A DNA stretch of 12,054 nt from Promethearchaeota archaeon. GTDB taxonomy: Archaea > Asgardarchaeota > Odinarchaeia > Odinarchaeales > JBHLKK01. Within the stretch, counting starts at the first letter, position 1. Every line of letters begins with the position of its first letter. This document shows positions 6,854 to 12,054 of the stretch, one piece after another. The notes beneath the pieces were generated by a model. That model saw only the letters and a list, made by a program, of their open reading frames with translations. It did no database searches and had not been told where the DNA came from. Location: positions 1 through 12,054 of the forward strand of contig JBHLPL010000059.1 of the NCBI GenBank assembly GCA_048939465.1, read 5' to 3'. Made by a program: the position numbers and the translations under genes.

Positions 6854-7993
6854 CTATTCACCTCTTAGAATCTTAACCGGCGATACTTTCGATGCCTTAA
6901 GGGCAGGATATATTCCGCCAATAACCCCCATTCCAATGACAAACCCAATAAGTTGTAGAAATACCTGGATTTGAAGCGGATTAAGAGCAATCACAAACAT
7001 CGTTTCTATTACTTGCAAGAAACCTACCCCGATACAAAAACCGAATACTCCGCCTATGGATGTTATTATTAGCGACTCATAGATGATGTCTTTAACAACA
7101 TCCATATTTTGCCAGCCCGTGGCTTTAAGAGTGGCAAACTCCTTCATTCGTTCCATAACACTCATCAACATAGCCACGACAATACTCATTCCCCCTGCTA
7201 TTCCAGCTATTAGAGATATTGAAAATACAAGAATATTGATCGTATCAATAAACTCAGTGAATGAGCCTAGCTGTTCATCAAATGACAGAATTTCGACCCC
7301 TAATTCCTCATCCTTCGAGATTCTTTCAATTTCTTCTTTAATGGAATCTACATTTTCAGGACTGTTGGCCTTAATTAGCAAGACGCAGTATGTGTCATCC
7401 GTGAAGTTGGCTTTGAACTGCCTTACACATCCCAAGGTTGTATAGATACTCATTTCAGAAAAGAAATCTGCTGAAAATAGCCCTACTATTGTAATATTAA
7501 CCAGCTCAAAGGTGAGTTCGTTAAAAACAGAGATTTCCTCTCCTAACTCAAAATCTAGGAAACTGGCAGCAAATCCTCCCATGACACATTCATTATCGTT
7601 GTGAAAGATCCTTCCTTCGCTTAGCTTGGAAGTCGCCCCGCCGATCACAGTATCGTTTTCCACGTTCACGCCGACAAGTGATGGCGCGATTGGGGAGCCT
7701 GCGTGCAACTGAATTGAATGAATTACCTGCGCGGAATAAGCGTCTATGTGATCTATCTGAGTTATGTTGTGTATCTCTGTCAAGTTAAATTTGCTAAAGT
7801 AATAATTTCCATTCTCCTGCTGAACTATTATTGAATCAAGGTTCTGTTGTGCAAACAACGATGTTTGACCGGTTATGCTCGCTCCAAGGGATGCCATCGC
7901 TGTCATCAACGCAATGCCGATAGCTACACCTACTACACATAAGCCTGCAATACTCTTTTTCCTGAAGGCGTTTTTCAAGGCAAATTTGAACAA
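6854..7993 (-). CDS. ABC transporter permease, MacB/FtsX/LolE-like (start probably TTG 7993 after AGGTG; ORF extends to 8017)
   Basis: N-terminal FALKNAFRKK plus a TM helix, a large extracellular domain, SVMERMKEFATLKATGW, three C-terminal TM helices and YPALKASKVSPVKILR. Confidence 0.9.
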   Translation of the reverse strand: MFKFALKNAFRKKSIAGLCVVGVAIGIALMTAMASLGASITGQTSLFAQQNLDSIIVQQENGNYYFSKFNLTEIHNITQIDHIDAYSAQVIHSIQLHAGSPIAPSLVGVNVENDTVIGGATSKLSEGRIFHNDNECVMGGFAASFLDFELGEEISVFNELTFELVNITIVGLFSADFFSEMSIYTTLGCVRQFKANFTDDTYCVLLIKANSPENVDSIKEEIERISKDEELGVEILSFDEQLGSFTEFIDTINILVFSISLIAGIAGGMSIVVAMLMSVMERMKEFATLKATGWQNMDVVKDIIYESLIITSIGGVFGFCIGVGFLQVIETMFVIALNPLQIQVFLQLIGFVIGMGVIGGIYPALKASKVSPVKILRGE

Positions 7994-8053
7994 AGGTTTA
8001 CACCTTACGACCGTCAATAGAAGGAGACTTTATCTTAGAATCCGTCAAACGCG

Positions 8054-8067
8054 TATTTATACCTTTC
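8054..8067 (-). promoter_or_regulatory. BRE + TATA box for the ABC permease/ATPase operon
   Basis: The minus strand reads GAAAGG-TATAAATA, about 60 nt upstream of TTG 7993. Confidence 0.65.
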
Positions 8068-8257
8068 TCAAGTAATCGCAATGGAAGTTCAACATTCATC
8101 CTCTCTCAATAGCTCTGTTTGTCCATAACCCATGTCTCATTATTAGAAATTGCGAATATCGAGAGAGATATAATCAGGAGTACAAAAAGCTCAATTTGCA
8201 GGTTTATCTTAACATGAAGAGACGAATCACAATCCTTCCGTGAAGAAGCCGATAAGC

Positions 8258-8749
8258 TCAGTCGTGAAATCTTGACCGTTTATAGACATGAAGGAGCGCT
8301 TTACCTGTATTAACTAGTATTCTCTGCCTGGATTCTACCAAGGACGGATGTTCATCCGACAAGGTTCTCAATAGCAAATCTGAATCAACTTCTTCAGCCA
8401 ATCGACCTATTGATGGCTGTAATTCAACAGGTGGCCGGATAGCATAGATTAGCGAAGCGTCGAAGTATATTCTTTTATCTGGACTCATTATGTCGTCTAT
8501 GATTGCTATCAAATTCGGTGCATTTTCTTTTACAAAGTCAATGAAATCCGGCCCGATATCTGTTACTATGACTTTGGTTCTCGGCAGACTCCTCTTAATC
8601 CCAGAAGCGATTTGGAGATAACTACCAGCACAGACTTCAATAATCTTGCTTGAATAGGAATAGTTCTGCACAATATACTGGATAATTGCATTGGCGTCAG
8701 GGAGGCCATGTTTGGCCTCAGATGACTCGTCGGAAGTTCTTTCCCGCAT
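8258..8749 (-). CDS. UPF0146-family protein (methyltransferase-like fold, function unknown)
   Basis: IIQYIVQNY..KIIEV, VIVTDI, DDIMSPD..IY..ASLIYAIRPPVELQPSI..LAEEVDSDLLLR match my recollection of the UPF0146 pattern. ATG 8749 follows GGGGAG and overlaps the enolase 3' end by 32 nt. Confidence 0.75.
   Translation of the reverse strand: MRERTSDESSEAKHGLPDANAIIQYIVQNYSYSSKIIEVCAGSYLQIASGIKRSLPRTKVIVTDIGPDFIDFVKENAPNLIAIIDDIMSPDKRIYFDASLIYAIRPPVELQPSIGRLAEEVDSDLLLRTLSDEHPSLVESRQRILVNTGKALLHVYKRSRFHD
8702..8719. other. GC-rich hairpin at the enolase stop codon
   Basis: GAGGCCA-TGTT-TGGCCTC: 7-bp perfect stem, 4-nt loop. Confidence 0.5.
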
Positions 8750-10013
8750 AAACTCCCCTTTCCTCCAATTCTTCCTCGATTCTAAGGAGTTGATTGTACT
8801 TCGCAGTTCTATCACTTCTGGCCAAAGCACCAGCTTTGATTTGCCCAGAGCATATCCCGACAGCGATGTCAGAGATTATTGGGTCCTCAGTTTCTCCAGA
8901 TCTATGGCTTACCATCACAGAGTAGCCGTTGTCATAACATAGCTTAGCGGCTTCCAGTGCTTCCGTTAGTGTGCCGATCTGATTGGCTTTTAAGAGCAGC
9001 GCATTTGCTGCACCCATACTTATCCCTTTCTCTATGCGGTCAGGATTTGTCGCAAAAAGATCATCTCCAACTATTTGCACCTTAGAGCCAACTTTCTGTG
9101 TCAGTTTGGCGAATGTTTCATAATCATCTTCTTGAAATGGATCCTCCAACGACAGAATAGGATAGTTGTGGACGAGATCGCAATAGAAATCCATTAACTC
9201 CTCGGCGGTTAATTCTTTCTCATCCAGTGTATATTTCCCATCACTGTAAAAGACGGTCGCAGCTGCATCAAGCGCTATTCCGACGTCTTCTCCGGACCTG
9301 TACCCTGCATCTTCTATTGCATGAACAATAGTATCTAGAGGCTCATAAGTAAGATTCATGTTTGGAGCATATCCGCCTTCGTCACCTACGTTTTTGGCCG
9401 CTCTTCCATGTTTTCTGACAAGAGATTCACCTAGAGTCTGATAAATCTCGACACCTACACGAAGGGCTTCTCGAAATGTTTTTGCTCCATAGGGCACGAT
9501 CATGAATTCCTGAATAGTAAGATCATTTCCTGCGTGTCTCCCGCCGTTTATGACGTTCATAAATGGAACGGGTAAGACGAACTCCTTGCAGTTAGGATTC
9601 AGATACCTGTATAGCGGAATCTTCATAGTTATTGCTGCTGCTCTGGCTACAGCAAATGAGACTCCTAAGATTGCATTTGCTCCGAGATTCTGTTTGTTCT
9701 CAGTGCCGTCAAGTCCTATCATTTGTAAATCTATTGCCCTCTGCTCACGTACGTCCTTCCCGACTAGAGCCGGATAAATAATCTCTTCAACATTTGCGAC
9801 AGCCTTCAAAACACCTTTTCCTCTGTATCGGGATTCGTCCTCATCTCTTAGTTCCATGGCCTCGTGAGACCCAGTTGAAGCACCAGACGGAACTGCAGCA
9901 CGGCCGCATAAGCCGCTTCTTGTCATCACATCTACTTCAATTGTTGGATTCCCACGTGAATCCAAGATCTCACGCGCACGAATAAGTTGAATCTTAAAAT
10001 CAGAAGCAGACAG
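8718..10013 (-). CDS. eno: Enolase (phosphopyruvate hydratase), about 431 aa, likely CTG start at 10013
   Basis: AREILDSRGNPTIEV, PSGASTG, NVINGGRHAG, QEFMI, VGDEGG, EDPF, VGDDLF, LLKANQIGT, SHRSGETED, KYNQLLRIEE. The frame is open upstream of TTG 9965 up to a TAG just before CAA-CTG. Confidence 0.96.
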   Translation of the reverse strand: MSASDFKIQLIRAREILDSRGNPTIEVDVMTRSGLCGRAAVPSGASTGSHEAMELRDEDESRYRGKGVLKAVANVEEIIYPALVGKDVREQRAIDLQMIGLDGTENKQNLGANAILGVSFAVARAAAITMKIPLYRYLNPNCKEFVLPVPFMNVINGGRHAGNDLTIQEFMIVPYGAKTFREALRVGVEIYQTLGESLVRKHGRAAKNVGDEGGYAPNMNLTYEPLDTIVHAIEDAGYRSGEDVGIALDAAATVFYSDGKYTLDEKELTAEELMDFYCDLVHNYPILSLEDPFQEDDYETFAKLTQKVGSKVQIVGDDLFATNPDRIEKGISMGAANALLLKANQIGTLTEALEAAKLCYDNGYSVMVSHRSGETEDPIISDIAVGICSGQIKAGALARSDRTAKYNQLLRIEEELEERGVYAGKNFRRVI

Positions 10014-10091
10014 TTGCTAAACCCTCCAGCTTTTTCTTAATATCTAACATTGGATTTTTTAAGCATTAGCTTATTTAGAGAGTTGGTGTTG

Positions 10092-10736
10092 TTGGTGGCA
10101 GAGAGACACATTTCGCGAAAGAAACTTGAAATGATGATAGAGCAGGTATTACCACACCCGTCACCTGAGGTGATGTTGGAACAATACACAATCGATTCTG
10201 TCGCTGCCGCTAACGTGTTATACATTTCTGCTCATGTATACAACGATATTAATGGTAGGATAGTCTATGACCTCGGATGTGGATCGGGAAGGCTAGCCTT
10301 GGGTGCTGTAATCTTGGGTGCGAGACATACAGTTGGTGTCGACATAGATGCGCTGGCAATCAAAACGGCAAGAGAAAACTCAATAAGCCTAGGAATATCA
10401 GACAGGATAAATTGGATAATTTCAGATATTGACTGTGTTGATGGTAAAGCAGACACGGTAATTCAGAACCCACCGTTTGGAGTGCAAGTAAGAGGTACTG
10501 ACATAAGATTTTTGGAAAAGGCAATTAAAATATCACATGTAACGTATTCTTTGCATAAGAGAAATGAGAATACGAGGAGATTTATAAAGGAGATAACAGA
10601 AAGACACGATGGTACTATTGACAACATCATAGAGATGAGTATGGTAATTCCGCATCTGTTCGATTTTCATTATAAGAAACACCACTTGGTTGAAGTGGAT
10701 CTATACCGAATAAAATCGAAAGGAGGATTCAAATGA
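10092..10736 (+). CDS. METTL5-like (COG2263-type) SAM-dependent RNA N6-adenine methyltransferase; start uncertain (TTG/GTG 10083-10095; ORF extends to 10050)
   Basis: KKLEMMIE...LEQYT, SAM motif DLGCGSGRLALG, VDID, catalytic NPPF, YSLHK, HLFDFH. Lies next to csl4 and rpoL. Confidence 0.85.
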   Translation: MVAERHISRKKLEMMIEQVLPHPSPEVMLEQYTIDSVAAANVLYISAHVYNDINGRIVYDLGCGSGRLALGAVILGARHTVGVDIDALAIKTARENSISLGISDRINWIISDIDCVDGKADTVIQNPPFGVQVRGTDIRFLEKAIKISHVTYSLHKRNENTRRFIKEITERHDGTIDNIIEMSMVIPHLFDFHYKKHHLVEVDLYRIKSKGGFK

Positions 10737-11359
10737 GCGAAGAAGTTAAAACAGGAAACGCAGTCTTACCGGGAGACAGGCTTGGCGTCATAGAAGAATT
10801 TGTGCCAGGCAATGGAACCTATCAAGAAGATGGCGTAATTTATGCAGCTGCTGCAGGCACGATATTAATAGACATGAAGAAGAAAAAAATTGCCGTTTCT
10901 CCATACGTAAAACCAATCTTGCCAAAGAAAGGAGACATAGTTTTGGGCTCTATTGACTCAGTGGAAGGGAAAAAAGCCTTTGTCACCATTGGGATGATAG
11001 GAGAAAAAACCCTGCCATATCCGTTTTCTGGAGTAATATTCATAAGACAGGCAACCGGGCGCTTTTTGGACACAATATATGAGGCTTTTGCACCTGGAGA
11101 CATGGTTAAAGCAGTTATCATAGATGATGAAGATAATATGTATCGGCTATCAACAGCTGATGAGGATTTAGGTGTAATACGTGCTTTCTGCTCAAAATGC
11201 GGTGGAAATGTAGTTAGGGAGAAGAGAAGACTGAGATGTGTATCTTGTGGTAGCATTGAGCAAAGAAAGGTTGCAAGGGACTATATAATGACAATAGCTG
11301 ATAATCAGAAGGAGAGCAAAGAGAGGAAGAGAACGGTTAAGGAAAAAGGGAAGAAGTAA
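10733..11359 (+). CDS. csl4: Exosome complex RNA-binding protein Csl4
   Basis: VLPGDRLGVIEEF..G.GTY N-domain, S1 domain (PKKGDIV..., F.PGD.V.A), Zn ribbon CSKC..CVSC, EQRKVA. ATGA overlap with the upstream gene and SD GGAGG. Confidence 0.92.
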   Translation: MSEEVKTGNAVLPGDRLGVIEEFVPGNGTYQEDGVIYAAAAGTILIDMKKKKIAVSPYVKPILPKKGDIVLGSIDSVEGKKAFVTIGMIGEKTLPYPFSGVIFIRQATGRFLDTIYEAFAPGDMVKAVIIDDEDNMYRLSTADEDLGVIRAFCSKCGGNVVREKRRLRCVSCGSIEQRKVARDYIMTIADNQKESKERKRTVKEKGKK

Positions 11360-11380
11360 CGGATTGGGGAGAGTGCGTAT

Positions 11381-11662
11381 TTGAACGTGGAAATTGTTGA
11401 AAAAGACAGGAAAAGTATCGAATTACGTATCAGTGGCGAAGGGCACACATTATTCAGTGCCTTGAGAAAAATCTTATTTGAAGACAAGGATGTTTCCTTC
11501 GCGGGATATGATGTAGAACATCCAATGCTCGGATCGACAAAATTCTTCCTTAGGGTTAAAGGAAGGAAGGGAGTTACTACTGTTTTATCTGAGGCGGTAG
11601 AAAAACTCATGAAAAGAGCCAAAGAACTCAGAAAGAAGTTTGAGGAGTCTCTAATAGAGTAA
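11381..11662 (+). CDS. rpoL: DNA-directed RNA polymerase subunit L (Rpo11), TTG start
   Basis: GEGHTL..ALR..L...V.FAGY.VEHP signature; 93 aa; follows csl4. Confidence 0.93.
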   Translation: MNVEIVEKDRKSIELRISGEGHTLFSALRKILFEDKDVSFAGYDVEHPMLGSTKFFLRVKGRKGVTTVLSEAVEKLMKRAKELRKKFEESLIE

Positions 11663-11673
11663 AGGGGAAGTAT

Positions 11674-12054
11674 ATGGGAACTATCAAAACGGGCGAAGAG
11701 AGCGTATTCTCCACCAAATACAAGAACATCGAGGAGATTCTTAGAGACAAAGGTCTAGCAAAGCTCGGAGATAGCCTTGTGAATCTAACTTATTCCCTCG
11801 CAAAATCCCGCATACGGAACAAACCTGACGGTTGGAAAGTTCCAGGGAAGGTTCTTGCTGAGGCCATACGGAGGTCAGAACTAAAAGCATTTACACCTCG
11901 AAGATCGGATTCTCACTCTCTCGGTGACAGCGCAGAAGGGCTCATAGCATACGTATGGTTGGCCAAGGTGCTAACTTTGGAGGAGATCTCCCAAGTCTTG
12001 GAAGAAGAAATGACTAAGTGGAAAATCAGCAATAGACGAGACGAAATACAAATG
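11674..12054 (+). CDS. Archaeal stand-alone RNase III-like domain protein (3'-truncated by the window end)
   Basis: Manual translation: MGTIKTGEESVFSTKYKNIEEILRDKGLAKLGDSLVNLTYSLAKS...KVPGKVLAEAIR...HSLGDSAEGLIAYVWL..., open to the window end. Not in the ORF track. Confidence 0.8.
   Translation, partial: MGTIKTGEESVFSTKYKNIEEILRDKGLAKLGDSLVNLTYSLAKSRIRNKPDGWKVPGKVLAEAIRRSELKAFTPRRSDSHSLGDSAEGLIAYVWLAKVLTLEEISQVLEEEMTKWKISNRRDEIQM

Noticed and set aside
8750-8830. Longer start for the UPF0146 ORF
   Set aside because: It would overlap enolase by 113 nt and has no family-like residues.
180-11622. Numerous 60-150 aa ORFs antisense to or overlapping the core genes (e.g. 444-674, 1505-1783, 4427-4867, 7083-7445, 10840-11256)
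   Set aside because: These are shadow ORFs of well-supported genes with no recognisable motifs.
1-12054. CRISPR arrays, tRNA/rRNA genes, C/D-box sRNAs, IS elements, and inteins in ppsA or enolase
   Set aside because: I found no regularly spaced repeats, cloverleaf, convincing C/D box pairs, transposase or terminal inverted repeats. The enzymes are of normal length with no large insertions.

Overview
Archaeal core-genome window (exosome csl4, rpoL, rpl10e, BRE/TATA promoters, GAGGTGA-type SD sites). TACK/Asgard-like affiliation is inference only. Gene order: a frame-broken ORF ending in a winged-helix-like segment, DRG/OBG-family GTPase, trmJ, DUF59 (minus), rpl10e, ppsA (minus), ABC ATPase and permease (minus), UPF0146 (minus), enolase (minus), METTL5-like methyltransferase, csl4, rpoL and a truncated RNase III-like gene. 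The main finding is a 24-nt insertion (448-471) with an in-frame TGA in the conserved PRH|KGT motif of the DRG GTPase. It folds into a canonical bulge-helix-bulge (BHB) motif, and standard BHB cleavage restores the protein exactly. This points to a tRNA-endonuclease-type micro-intron in a protein-coding gene other than the well-known cbf5 case. Likely non-canonical starts (ATT, CTG), a weaker second intron candidate and a repeated operator-like motif upstream of ppsA are also noted. No mobile elements, CRISPR arrays or stable RNA genes are supported.
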